Both the position numbers and the translations under genes were made by a program. 64,000 nucleotides of DNA from Oscillospiraceae bacterium (GTDB lineage: Bacteria > Bacillota > Clostridia > Oscillospirales > QAMX01): positions 15,071 to 79,070 of the forward strand of contig SVLY01000001.1 of NCBI GenBank assembly GCA_015067715.1, written 5' to 3'. Of this stretch, positions 52,686-61,337 are shown in pieces (position 1 is the stretch's first letter; each line of letters starts with the position of its first letter). The notes beneath the pieces were generated by a model. It did no database searches. It saw only the letters and a list, made by a program, of their open reading frames with translations, and was not told the origin of the DNA.

Positions 52686-54212
52686 ATGACGGAAGAACGG
52701 AAAGATCTTATTTCAAACGCAAGGGAATACCGCGAGCTGATGCTTTCGGACCCCTATCGCCCGACCTATCATTTTGCAATACCCGATGACGACGGACGTC
52801 CCGGCGACCCCAACGGCGCCTTTTACGCCGACGGCAGATACCACCTTATGTATCTCTACCGCCGCCGCTCAACAAACGCCTTCCACTGGGGACATATCTC
52901 GTCCCGTGACCTTGTGCACTGGCGCTCCCACCCCGACGCCATCGGCGCTCTCGAGGGGGACGAGGGCTGTTTTTCCGGCGGCGCATTTGTAGACGACGAC
53001 GGCACGGCTTACCTCAGCTTCTGGAAATTCCCCTCCAAAAACGGCAAGGACAAGGGCGGCATAGCCCTTGCAAAGTCCCGTCCGCCCTACGACGTTTGGG
53101 AGCGCGATCTTCCCCTTGTGCTTGAGACCGGAGACACCCCCTGGGGCACGGCGGTGCTTGACGGGGAAAAGCTCGGGTGCGCCGACCCCAGCAATATGTG
53201 GAAAAAAGACGGCAAATATTATCTTCAGCTGGGCTCCCTCTGCGCCATGCAGGCCTGGGGAGCGGAAGATGAAAACTACCGGGGAGACTGGACGGAGCTT
53301 TTCTGCTCCGAGGATATGCAAAAGTGGACCTATCTCGGCCGGTTCTATCAGCGGAAAAAGGACAATTCCTGGACCGACGAGACCGAGGACGATATGTGCC
53401 CCTCCTTCCTGCCCCTGCCCAAAAAGCGCACCGGCGGCGAGGCGTCCGGCAAATACCTTCAGCTCTTCATCGCCCACAACAAGGGCACCCAGTATTATAT
53501 CGGCGACTACCGGGACGACAGGTTCTTCCCCGAGATCCACGGCCGCATGAGCTGGGTCGACAACACCTATTTCGCGCCGGAAGCTCTGATCGACGCCAAC
53601 GGACGGCAGATAATGTGGGCGTGGCTGCTGGATAACCCCGAGGGCGACGATTTCGACCGTTTTTCGTGGAGCGGAGTGTTCTCCTTCCCCCGGGAACTCT
53701 GGCTTGGTGATGACGGTACTCTTCGCATGGCTCCGGCAAGAGAGCTTGACAGCCTCTGCTACAACCCTCAGATATTTGAGGAGACGAAGCTCTCCGGCGA
53801 GAAAAAGCTCAATGTGAAAAACGGCGAGGCCTTCAGAATGAGCTTCTTTGCCGACGTTACCCACAAGGCAGGCGTTATGCTTAAACAGAGCGCCGACGGA
53901 AAAGAGTACGTCTGCATCTACATGGACAAAGCGGCGGGCAAGCTGGTCTTCGACAGCCGCACCTGTACCCACGACGGCCGTCCCGCCCTTGAGGAAGCCC
54001 CCTTTGTACTCGCAGAGGGCGAAAAGGCGAAGTTCGATATCTTTGTGGACAAGTCCGTGGTCGAGGTCTACGTAAACGACCGCCAGGCCATCTGCCGCAG
54101 AGTGTTCTCTTCCGACCCGAAAAATTCCACGGCCGTTTCCCTCTGGGCCCAGGGCGAAGCGGAGTTTTCCTACGTCTCCGCCTGGGAAGTTGACTCGGCA
54201 AATATGTATTGA
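52686..54212 (+). CDS. Glycoside hydrolase family 32 (beta-fructofuranosidase/levanase-type) protein
   Basis: YRPTYHFAIP...GDPNGAFYADGRYHLMY, HWGHISSRDLVHW, FSGGAF and ADPS follow the GH32 block order. No signal peptide. The ORF opens at 52653 (GTG). Confidence 0.75.
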   Translation: MTEERKDLISNAREYRELMLSDPYRPTYHFAIPDDDGRPGDPNGAFYADGRYHLMYLYRRRSTNAFHWGHISSRDLVHWRSHPDAIGALEGDEGCFSGGAFVDDDGTAYLSFWKFPSKNGKDKGGIALAKSRPPYDVWERDLPLVLETGDTPWGTAVLDGEKLGCADPSNMWKKDGKYYLQLGSLCAMQAWGAEDENYRGDWTELFCSEDMQKWTYLGRFYQRKKDNSWTDETEDDMCPSFLPLPKKRTGGEASGKYLQLFIAHNKGTQYYIGDYRDDRFFPEIHGRMSWVDNTYFAPEALIDANGRQIMWAWLLDNPEGDDFDRFSWSGVFSFPRELWLGDDGTLRMAPARELDSLCYNPQIFEETKLSGEKKLNVKNGEAFRMSFFADVTHKAGVMLKQSADGKEYVCIYMDKAAGKLVFDSRTCTHDGRPALEEAPFVLAEGEKAKFDIFVDKSVVEVYVNDRQAICRRVFSSDPKNSTAVSLWAQGEAEFSYVSAWEVDSANMY

Positions 54213-54219
54213 CAGAACA

Positions 54220-54263
54220 AATCCCCCCAAATTCCCGAAAGGAATTTGGGGGGATTATTTTTG
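54220..54263 (+). terminator. Rho-independent terminator of the GH32 gene
   Basis: aatccccccaaattcc-cgaaa-ggaatttggggggatt, a 16-bp perfect stem followed by ATTTTT. Confidence 0.85.
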
Positions 54264-54274
54264 CGCTAAAGTCA

Positions 54275-54603
54275 GCGAAGAGAATTGAACGTTTGCCGTA
54301 AGGCAAGTTTCCGTCCCTTTTGACGGAAACAGTTCAATTCAGATGTGAAAAACCGCGGGTTTTTCACATTAGCCTTATGCAAAACACTTGCGAAGAGAAT
54401 TGAACGTTTGCCGCAAGGCAAGTTTCCGTCCCTTCTGACGGAAACAGTTCAATTCAGATGTGAAAAACCGCGGGTTTTTCACATTAGCCTTATGCAAAGC
54501 ACTTGCGAAGAGAATTGAACGTTTGCCGCAAGGCAAGTTTCCGTCCCTTCTGACGGAAACAGTTCAATTCAGATGTGAAAAACCGAGGGTTTTTCACATT
54601 AGC
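54275..54603 (+). repeat. Tandem array of a 115-bp structured module (2 full copies plus 1 copy truncated at about 99 bp)
   Basis: Unit starts (gcgaagagaattgaac) at 54275, 54390 and 54505. Each unit contains nested inverted repeats consistent with a three-way junction, plus a 10-bp hairpin. Confidence 0.9.
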
Positions 54604-55826
54604 ATGAGCTGGTTCTTAACCTCAACACCTGCGGCGGTGAGCTTTTCGACGGTGTCGAGAAGCTTTTCCTCGGCCATTTCGGCGGTGATAAAGGCGCCGT
54701 CGAAGATGGAAACGGAGCTGCAGGGGATGACCTCGATCTCTCCGAAGAGCTTTTCTGCGGCGGCATAGGCGGCGTCTGTGTTGCCGTTGACCCGAACCAT
54801 GTAGCGGTGGGCAACCTTGCGGCAGTCGGAGACGATGCTGTCCCCGGCGGTCCATTCAATGCGGCGGTCATCTCCGCAGGTGCGGAGAGTGTCGATAACG
54901 TCGGCAACCACGGCGCTGGCGGTGGGCAGCTTGCCGGCACCCCGGCCGTAGAACATGCAGTCGTCAACGGAGTCGCCGTGGACCATGACCCCGTTAAACA
55001 CACCGTCGATGGTGGAGAGGGGGCAGGAGGTGGGAATGAGGAAGGGGGAAACGGAGATATAGATCTTTCCGTTTTCCAGCTTTTTCGCTCTGCCCAAAAG
55101 CTTTATGCGGCAATCCTTTGCGGCGGCAAAGGCGATGTCCTCAGGGGCGATATTGGTGATGCCCTCGATCTTTACTTCCTCGGGGAGCACCTGGGTGCCA
55201 AAGGCAAGGGATGCCAGAATGCAGATCTTTCTGCAGGCGTCGTGGCCCAGAATGTCTGCGGCGGGGTCGGCTTCGGCGTAGCCCAGAGCCTGAGCCTCCT
55301 TCAGAGCGGCGTCGAAGGAGAGGGAGGCGGTGATCATTCTGGTGAGGATATAGTTCGTTGTGCCGTTAAGAATGCCGCAGATCTCGGTGATCTCGTTTGC
55401 GGCAAGGCACTGGCTCATGGGGCGGATGACGGGAATGCCGCCGCCAACACTTGCCTCGAACATATAGCGCACGTTGTTTGCCTTCGCCAGCTCAAAAAGC
55501 TCTACCGCGTGGTAGGCAACGAGCTCCTTGTTTGAGGTGACGACGTTCTTTCCTGCGGCAAGGGCGCGGCGGGTGAACTCGTAGGCGACGCGCCTGCCGC
55601 CGATGGCCTCGACGACGGTCTCGACCTCGGGGTCGTTTTCAACAACGGAGAAATCCTTTACGATCTTATCCCCGTAGGGGTCATTTTCAAAATCCCGGAT
55701 ATCGACGATATATTTAACGTAAACAGGCTTGCCTGTTTTTTTCTGAAGCATTTCACGGTGCGTTTCGATGATCTCGACAACGCCGCTTCCAACCGTTCCG
55801 TATCCAACTACTGCAACTGCGGCCAT
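54594..55826 (-). CDS. hom: Homoserine dehydrogenase
   Basis: VAVVGYGTVGSGV NAD-binding start, NKELVA and GILNGTTNYIL core motifs, and a C-terminal ACT-like region. The stop codon lies inside the last repeat unit. Confidence 0.9.
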   Translation of the reverse strand: MAAVAVVGYGTVGSGVVEIIETHREMLQKKTGKPVYVKYIVDIRDFENDPYGDKIVKDFSVVENDPEVETVVEAIGGRRVAYEFTRRALAAGKNVVTSNKELVAYHAVELFELAKANNVRYMFEASVGGGIPVIRPMSQCLAANEITEICGILNGTTNYILTRMITASLSFDAALKEAQALGYAEADPAADILGHDACRKICILASLAFGTQVLPEEVKIEGITNIAPEDIAFAAAKDCRIKLLGRAKKLENGKIYISVSPFLIPTSCPLSTIDGVFNGVMVHGDSVDDCMFYGRGAGKLPTASAVVADVIDTLRTCGDDRRIEWTAGDSIVSDCRKVAHRYMVRVNGNTDAAYAAAEKLFGEIEVIPCSSVSIFDGAFITAEMAEEKLLDTVEKLTAAGVEVKNQLMLM

Positions 55827-56000
55827 GGGTGTGTGGTCCCCCTGTTTCGTTTATGTGTAACAGCGATATTTTACCACATTACGACAGAAATAACAATACG
55901 GGAAGCTGGAATAAAATTCAAAAAATATCTATAAATTTTCGTCAATATGCGGTATAATTAGTATACGGGTTTTTCACCGCCCGGGAGAGGAGAAGTATCA

Positions 56001-57227
56001 GTGGAAAAAAAGTCTCTTGAAAAGCTTGCACGGCCTCTGTTGATAATCGTGTATATCCTTTTGGGCGTGCTGGCCTTTCATTTGTTTGTAAAATATCTGT
56101 TCATGTGGTTTTTGCCCTTCATCATCGGCTTTGCCGTGTCCCGGCTTGCCCTGCCGCTGTGCCGGTGGGCGAAGAAAAAGCTGAAGATGAAAAACGGCAT
56201 CGCCTCGGCACTTTCTGCGGTGCTTATGATGATCGCCGTGCTTGCCGTTGTGGCCGCCGCGGGCTACGGCATAAGCCTTTGGGTCGTGCCCTATATCCGC
56301 CGTGTGGCAACCACCCTTTCCGGCACAATGGAACAGCTCACCTCCACCTGGGCAAGCCTTATCGTCTGGCTGGACAATATCCTGCCTGCCGACCTTTCAA
56401 AGACCGTTCAGAACGCGATTTTCGACCTTCCAAAGAATTTCGACTTCATGGGCACGGTGGTCTCGCCAATGATAAGTGCCGCAGGCTCTTTGCCTTTGAT
56501 CATATTCTCCTGCGTTGTTGCCCCTCTTTCGGCATTCTTCTTCACAAAATACGATCCCCAGATCGCAGGCATCATCAAAGCCACCCTTCCCGAAAAGCTC
56601 CACGAGGCCGTCACACGGACGTATCACAACCTTTTCTCAAAGCTCGGAAGCTGGCTTAAGGCCCAGTGTATTCTCTGCGGCATCGACTTTGCCCTTATCT
56701 TCACGGGGCTTTTGATAACCGGCGTGAACAACGCCTTTATGGCCGCCGTGCTTATCTTCTGCGTGGACTTTCTGCCGGTGCTGGGCTCCGGTCTGGTGCT
56801 TATTCCCTGGGCGCTCATTGCTCTTCTCATGGGGAATTACCGTGTTGCCATCGGAGTTGCAATTGTGTACATCGTCGTGCTCGTCGTCCGCAACATGCTT
56901 GAGTCCCACGTTCTGGGCGCTCAGATAAACATGAACCCCTTCGTCACTCTGCTCAGCATTTACGCCGGCTACCGCCTCTACGGCGTGCTGGGAATGCTGA
57001 TGATCCCCCTGCTTGCCATCACCGTTGTCCAGCTGAACGACTGGGGCTATATCCGCCTGTGGCGCCATCCGGAGGAGGATGAAGCCTCGTCTCCGCCGGA
57101 GAAGAAGAGCCGGCTGAAGGCAAAAATTCTCAACCGCGGCGTTCTGGGAAAAATGTTGGGTGAAAAACCCGCTGAAAACGAAGAAAAGACCGATCGTGAC
57201 GAAAACTCCGTAAATCCCGAAAAATAG
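56001..57227 (+). CDS. AI-2E family transporter / sporulation integral membrane protein YtvI-like
   Basis: 408 aa with 8 TM segments and a PerM/YtvI-like topology and C-terminal hydrophilic tail. The GTG start follows GAGAGGAG. Confidence 0.75.
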   Translation: MEKKSLEKLARPLLIIVYILLGVLAFHLFVKYLFMWFLPFIIGFAVSRLALPLCRWAKKKLKMKNGIASALSAVLMMIAVLAVVAAAGYGISLWVVPYIRRVATTLSGTMEQLTSTWASLIVWLDNILPADLSKTVQNAIFDLPKNFDFMGTVVSPMISAAGSLPLIIFSCVVAPLSAFFFTKYDPQIAGIIKATLPEKLHEAVTRTYHNLFSKLGSWLKAQCILCGIDFALIFTGLLITGVNNAFMAAVLIFCVDFLPVLGSGLVLIPWALIALLMGNYRVAIGVAIVYIVVLVVRNMLESHVLGAQINMNPFVTLLSIYAGYRLYGVLGMLMIPLLAITVVQLNDWGYIRLWRHPEEDEASSPPEKKSRLKAKILNRGVLGKMLGEKPAENEEKTDRDENSVNPEK

Positions 57228-57256
57228 CGGCTCAAGCTCAAAATAAGGTTTTCCCA

Positions 57257-57292
57257 AAACCGGACTCCACTAAGAGTAGAGTCCGGTTTTTT
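57257..57292 (+). terminator. Rho-independent terminator
   Basis: aaaccggactc ... gagtccggttt stem followed by a T-run. Confidence 0.8.
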
Positions 57293-57429
57293 CACTCTAT
57301 TTTCCGGCATCTCACCGGTGGAGAGCCTGAAGATGCGGGTAGGTTTACTTTTTGGTGCTTTCGGGGTATACTGTTTTTGCGGCCGGGAGAGACCCCGCCG
57401 GATCAATTACCACGGAGCGAAGAAAAACA

Positions 57430-58092
57430 ATGAGTACGATCTATCTTTTCGGCGATTCGGTCATGAAGGGCGTGACCTATTCTGCCGAGAACAATTCATA
57501 TTCCATCCACAAAAGAAATCTGGAGCTCTCCGGCGGAGATACCCTTGTGAACCGCTCGGTCTTCGGCGCAACTGCGGGCAAGGTGCTCTCCGAGCTTGAG
57601 CGCCGCCTGCCCGAAGATAGCCGGGGGGACACGGTGGTGCTCTCCTTTGGAGGCAACGACTCCGACCACGACTGGGCGGAGGTCTCTGCCCATCCCGAGG
57701 CTGTCCACGGTCCAAAGACTCCCTCCGGGGAATTCGAAAGGCTTTTCACCCGGTGCGTTGAGCTTGTGCGGAGCAGGGGAGCCGACGTTATAGCCTCCAG
57801 CCTTATCCCCATTGATGCGGAAAAATACATGGACCGCATTTCCCGGGGGCTTTCCAGAGAGAACATCCTCGCCTGGCTTGGCAGCGAAAGTATGCTCTAC
57901 CGCTGGCACGAGCACTACGACAGGCTGGTGAGAAACCTTGCGTCAGGCCTTAACGTGCCCCTTGTGGACCTGCGCGAGCCCTTTCTGGTGTCCCACGAGT
58001 TTGGTGGTCTGCTCTCTGCGGACGGGATCCACCCCACGGAGATGGGGCATTGCATGATCGACTCGACCCTCTCCTGCGCGCTGGGCGCCTGA
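57430..58092 (+). CDS. SGNH/GDSL hydrolase family protein
   Basis: IYLFGDSVMKG (GDS block), SFGGND and DGIHPT (the DxxH block). Confidence 0.8.
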   Translation: MSTIYLFGDSVMKGVTYSAENNSYSIHKRNLELSGGDTLVNRSVFGATAGKVLSELERRLPEDSRGDTVVLSFGGNDSDHDWAEVSAHPEAVHGPKTPSGEFERLFTRCVELVRSRGADVIASSLIPIDAEKYMDRISRGLSRENILAWLGSESMLYRWHEHYDRLVRNLASGLNVPLVDLREPFLVSHEFGGLLSADGIHPTEMGHCMIDSTLSCALGA

Positions 58093-58195
58093 AAAGGAAA
58101 GCCCTGCGGAAAAAATTCATCTCTTTTCCCTTGACAGCGGGCCGGAATGGTTATATCATAATAGCAGTTATATTTATATTAAGGAACGTGATATT

Positions 58196-58792
58196 ATGAA
58201 AAAGCTTTTCAGGATCCTTGCCCTCGTCATGAGCGTTGCCCTCTGTCTTGGCTGTCTTTCCGCCTGCGGCGGCTCAAAGCAGCTTTCCGGCCTTTGGGAG
58301 GTTGAGATGGAGATCAAGGACTACGGCATTATCCGCATGCAGCTGGACGCCGACGCGGCGCCCATCACCGTTACCAACTTCGTAAACCTTGTTGAAGACG
58401 GGTTCTACGACGGGCTCACCATCCACAGAGTATACTCCGGCTTCGTCATTCAGGGCGGCGACCCCAGAGGTGACGGCACCGGCGGCTCCGGCAAGACCAT
58501 AAAGGGCGAGTTTTACGCCAACGGCGTTTCCAACAACCTGCCCCACACCCGCGGCGCAGTGTCCATGGCAAGACTCGGCAACAACTACAACAGCGCCACT
58601 TCCCAGTTCTTCATCGTCCACCAGGACTCCGCCCAGGCCTCTCTTGACGGTCTTTACGCCTGCTTTGGCTACGTTACCGAGGGCATGGACGTCGTAGACG
58701 CCATCTGCCGCAAGACCCCCGTTCTGGACGCCAACGGAAGCGTTGCCCCCGAGGACCAGCCCGTTATCGTCTACGCGAAGGTAGTTCACTGA
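58196..58792 (+). CDS. Peptidyl-prolyl cis-trans isomerase (cyclophilin type), lipoprotein
   Basis: Lipobox LSAC, with FHRV-type YDGLTIHRVYSGFVIQGGDP and SQFFIV motifs. Confidence 0.9.
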   Translation: MKKLFRILALVMSVALCLGCLSACGGSKQLSGLWEVEMEIKDYGIIRMQLDADAAPITVTNFVNLVEDGFYDGLTIHRVYSGFVIQGGDPRGDGTGGSGKTIKGEFYANGVSNNLPHTRGAVSMARLGNNYNSATSQFFIVHQDSAQASLDGLYACFGYVTEGMDVVDAICRKTPVLDANGSVAPEDQPVIVYAKVVH

Positions 58793-58822
58793 CCCTTTTT
58801 TGAGGATCTGACCTGTAAAATA

Positions 58823-58871
58823 AAAAAAACGTCAGCCGTGCATTTTTTTTCGGGCATGGCTGACGTTTTTT
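58823..58871. terminator. Bidirectional Rho-independent terminator
   Basis: A-run, then acgtcagcc ... ggctgacgt, then T6, between convergent genes. Confidence 0.75.
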
Positions 58872-58887
58872 GCGTGTGAGAAATCGG

Positions 58888-59820
58888 TCAATATACGCTT
58901 ACGACGGGTTCTGTGGGCTCTTTTGCGGGAAGAACGGAGGTCACCTTTACGGAAATACCGCCGTTGGCCTCGTCGTTGGTGTCCAGAACCCCTGTTACGG
59001 AGTACCAGCCGGGCAGGCGAAGTCCCTCAACGTCGGAATACTTGCAGGGCATCCAGGCAAACTGGATATCGTCCGCGCAGCAGGCCATAACGTGACGCCC
59101 GGCCATGAACAGGTCGGGGGGACACTCCTCGTCGGTTCCGCACCAGGCGAGGAATTTCACGGTCTTTCCCTCGTATTTGTCCAGGTCGTCGTACATATCC
59201 GCAAACCATATGGCGTAGTCCCGGTCGGCGATCTCAATGACCTCGGCGTTAACGTCGAAGGGCAGGGGATCCACGATATCGTCCTGGCTGACCTTGCCGT
59301 CGGTAAAGCGGTAATAGATGTCCGCCTGGCGGTTTACGCCGCGCACGGCCTTGTGGTAGGGCAGAACGTCGCCCTCTGCGGGCACGCGGTTGAACACGAC
59401 CACGGAGGATGAGGTGTGCATTTCGTAAACGAGGTTGCGCATATTTGCGTTGTAGGTCTTGAAGGTGGGGGTGTCGAAAACGGAGATGCTCTGGAAAACG
59501 TACCAGTTTTCGGGCAGAGCCATTGCAAGGGGCTTGAGGGTCCACATTGCGTTGTACTCAATGGCGATGCGCTGGGCTCCGGTCTCACGCTCCAGGGCGG
59601 TGAGTCTTTCGGGAGTGAGCTCTTCAACGGAGTCTATGGTGCGGACCTCGATCTGCTTTTTGCGGAGAGCTTCAATATCGTATTCGATCTCCCCCTCCTC
59701 GCACACCAAAAGCAAAAAGCGCTTGCCCTGGGTGAACTTGGATTTGAGCATCAGGTTTGAGATATAGGTGGTCTTTCCGGCGTCCAGAAAGCCCATAAAG
59801 AGGTATACGGGCAGCTCCAT
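58888..59820 (-). CDS. Divergent G3E/CobW-like P-loop protein (no CxCC motif)
   Basis: The N-terminus VYLFMGFLDAGKTT resembles the COG0523 P-loop. The usual ENEFGE/CxCC region is replaced by VCEEGEIEY. It lies immediately downstream of the His-rich COG0523 gene. Confidence 0.6.
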   Translation of the reverse strand: MELPVYLFMGFLDAGKTTYISNLMLKSKFTQGKRFLLLVCEEGEIEYDIEALRKKQIEVRTIDSVEELTPERLTALERETGAQRIAIEYNAMWTLKPLAMALPENWYVFQSISVFDTPTFKTYNANMRNLVYEMHTSSSVVVFNRVPAEGDVLPYHKAVRGVNRQADIYYRFTDGKVSQDDIVDPLPFDVNAEVIEIADRDYAIWFADMYDDLDKYEGKTVKFLAWCGTDEECPPDLFMAGRHVMACCADDIQFAWMPCKYSDVEGLRLPGWYSVTGVLDTNDEANGGISVKVTSVLPAKEPTEPVVSVY

Positions 59821-59848
59821 TTTTGAAAGCTTTCCTCCTTATATATAT

Positions 59849-61270
59849 TTATGCGAGAAAGATCTCGCGGACGGATTTTTCGTCTATGCCGGAGCCGATA
59901 ACGCAGATGCGGCCGGTGATGTCGGCGCTGCCCCTGCGGATATTGCGCTCGCCGGGAACGTAGTCGAAATGGAACCAGCTTCCGTCCGCCCCTGCAACAA
60001 TGCCCTTGGCGCGGAGAACCACTCCGCAGACACCCTCGTCGAAGAAGGCGAGAATGCTGTCCAGCTCGGTCTCGGTATAACGTCTGCCGGTCTCTATGCC
60101 GCAGCTGGTGAAGACCTCGTCTGCATGATGGCCGTGATCACCGTGAGCGTGACTGCCGTGAGCGTGACAGTGGTGGCCATGGTGTTCCTGGTTCTGCTCA
60201 CGGCTGTGTTCACCGTGAGCGTGACAGTGGTGCTCATGGTGTTCCTGGTTCTGCTCACGGCTGTGTTCATGACAATGGTCATGAACACCGGAGTGCTCCT
60301 CATGGTCATGAACACCCGAGTGCCCCTCATGGTCGTGAGCGTGATGATGCTCGTGTTCATGCTCATGGTCGTGGTCATGGTCATGGTCATGGTCATGGCA
60401 GCCGCAATCGCAGTGTTCGTCATGATGGTGATGTTCGTGGTCATGGCATCCGCAGTCACAGTCTTCGTCGTGATGGTGCTCCTCATGGTCGTGATCATGA
60501 CAGCCGCAATCGCAATGCTCACCGTGAGCGTGATGATGGTGGCCATGGTTTTCCTGGTCCTGCTCACGGCCGTGTTCATGACAGTGGTCATGAACACCCG
60601 AGTGCTCCTCATGCTCATCGTGATGGTGATGATGGTGGGCTTCGGCGTTGAAGCGTTCAAGGGCTTCGGCAAGGGTGTTTTTGTTTTCAATGGCGTCTCT
60701 GAGCTGGTCGCCGGAGAGCTGATCCCAGGGGGTCGTGACAAGGGTTGCGCCGGGGTTGTGCTGGCGGATGAGCTCAACACAGCGGCTAAGCTTTGCTTCG
60801 TCCAGACTGTCGGTACGGCTGAGAACAACGGTGCCCGCGTTTTCAAGCTGGTCAAGGAAGAACTCGCCGAAGTTCTTGATGTAGATGCGGCATTTGTTTG
60901 CGTCCACAACGGCAACCAGCGAGCCGATCTCCGCTCTCTCGCCGCAGGCGTTTTCGGCGGCGCGAACAACGTCGCTGAGCTTGCCAACGCCGGAGGGCTC
61001 GATGAATATCCTGTCGGGAGAAAACTCGTCCAGAACCTTTTCAAGAGCCTTGCCAAAATCGCCCACGAGGCTGCAGCAGATACAGCCGGAGTTCATTTCG
61101 GTTATCTCGATGCCGGCTTCTTTCAGAAAACCGCCGTCAATGCCGATCTCGCCGAACTCGTTTTCAATGAGAACGAGCTTCTCTCCGGCGTAGGCCTCTT
61201 TGATGAGCTTTTTTATAAGTGTTGTCTTTCCCGCGCCGAGAAAGCCGGAAAATATGTCTATCTTTGTCAT
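59849..61270 (-). CDS. COG0523 (CobW/ZigA/YjiA-type) metallochaperone GTPase with a giant His/Cys-rich insert
   Basis: Motifs SGFLGAGKTTL, ENEFGE, the GCICCS (CxCC) metal site, IEPSG, and a CobW_C-like end (VLRAKGIV). The insert spans about aa 209-385. Confidence 0.85.
   Translation of the reverse strand: MTKIDIFSGFLGAGKTTLIKKLIKEAYAGEKLVLIENEFGEIGIDGGFLKEAGIEITEMNSGCICCSLVGDFGKALEKVLDEFSPDRIFIEPSGVGKLSDVVRAAENACGERAEIGSLVAVVDANKCRIYIKNFGEFFLDQLENAGTVVLSRTDSLDEAKLSRCVELIRQHNPGATLVTTPWDQLSGDQLRDAIENKNTLAEALERFNAEAHHHHHHDEHEEHSGVHDHCHEHGREQDQENHGHHHHAHGEHCDCGCHDHDHEEHHHDEDCDCGCHDHEHHHHDEHCDCGCHDHDHDHDHDHEHEHEHHHAHDHEGHSGVHDHEEHSGVHDHCHEHSREQNQEHHEHHCHAHGEHSREQNQEHHGHHCHAHGSHAHGDHGHHADEVFTSCGIETGRRYTETELDSILAFFDEGVCGVVLRAKGIVAGADGSWFHFDYVPGERNIRRGSADITGRICVIGSGIDEKSVREIFLA
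60116..60646 (-). repeat. Internally repetitive coding segment (His/Asp/Glu/Cys-rich modules)
   Basis: Repeated peptide modules: CDCGCHDH x3, HSGVHDH x3, and HSREQNQEHH.HHCHAHG x2. The same repeats are visible at the DNA level. Confidence 0.85.
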
Positions 61271-61308
61271 TTGGTTTCACCTGCTTACAGTTTTGTTTCC
61301 AACATTAT

Positions 61309-61337
61309 ATTATATCACCGCCGCCTCAAAAGGTCAA
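61309..61337 (-). promoter_or_regulatory. Internal promoter for the COG0523 gene pair
   Basis: On the minus strand: TTGACC (61332-61337), a 17-nt spacer, then TATAAT (61309-61314). It overlaps the 3' end of the upstream ORF. Confidence 0.6.

Noticed and set aside
54275-54603. The 115-bp tandem array as a CRISPR array.
   Set aside because: The units abut directly with no unique spacers, the period is far longer than a CRISPR repeat, and no cas genes are present in the window.
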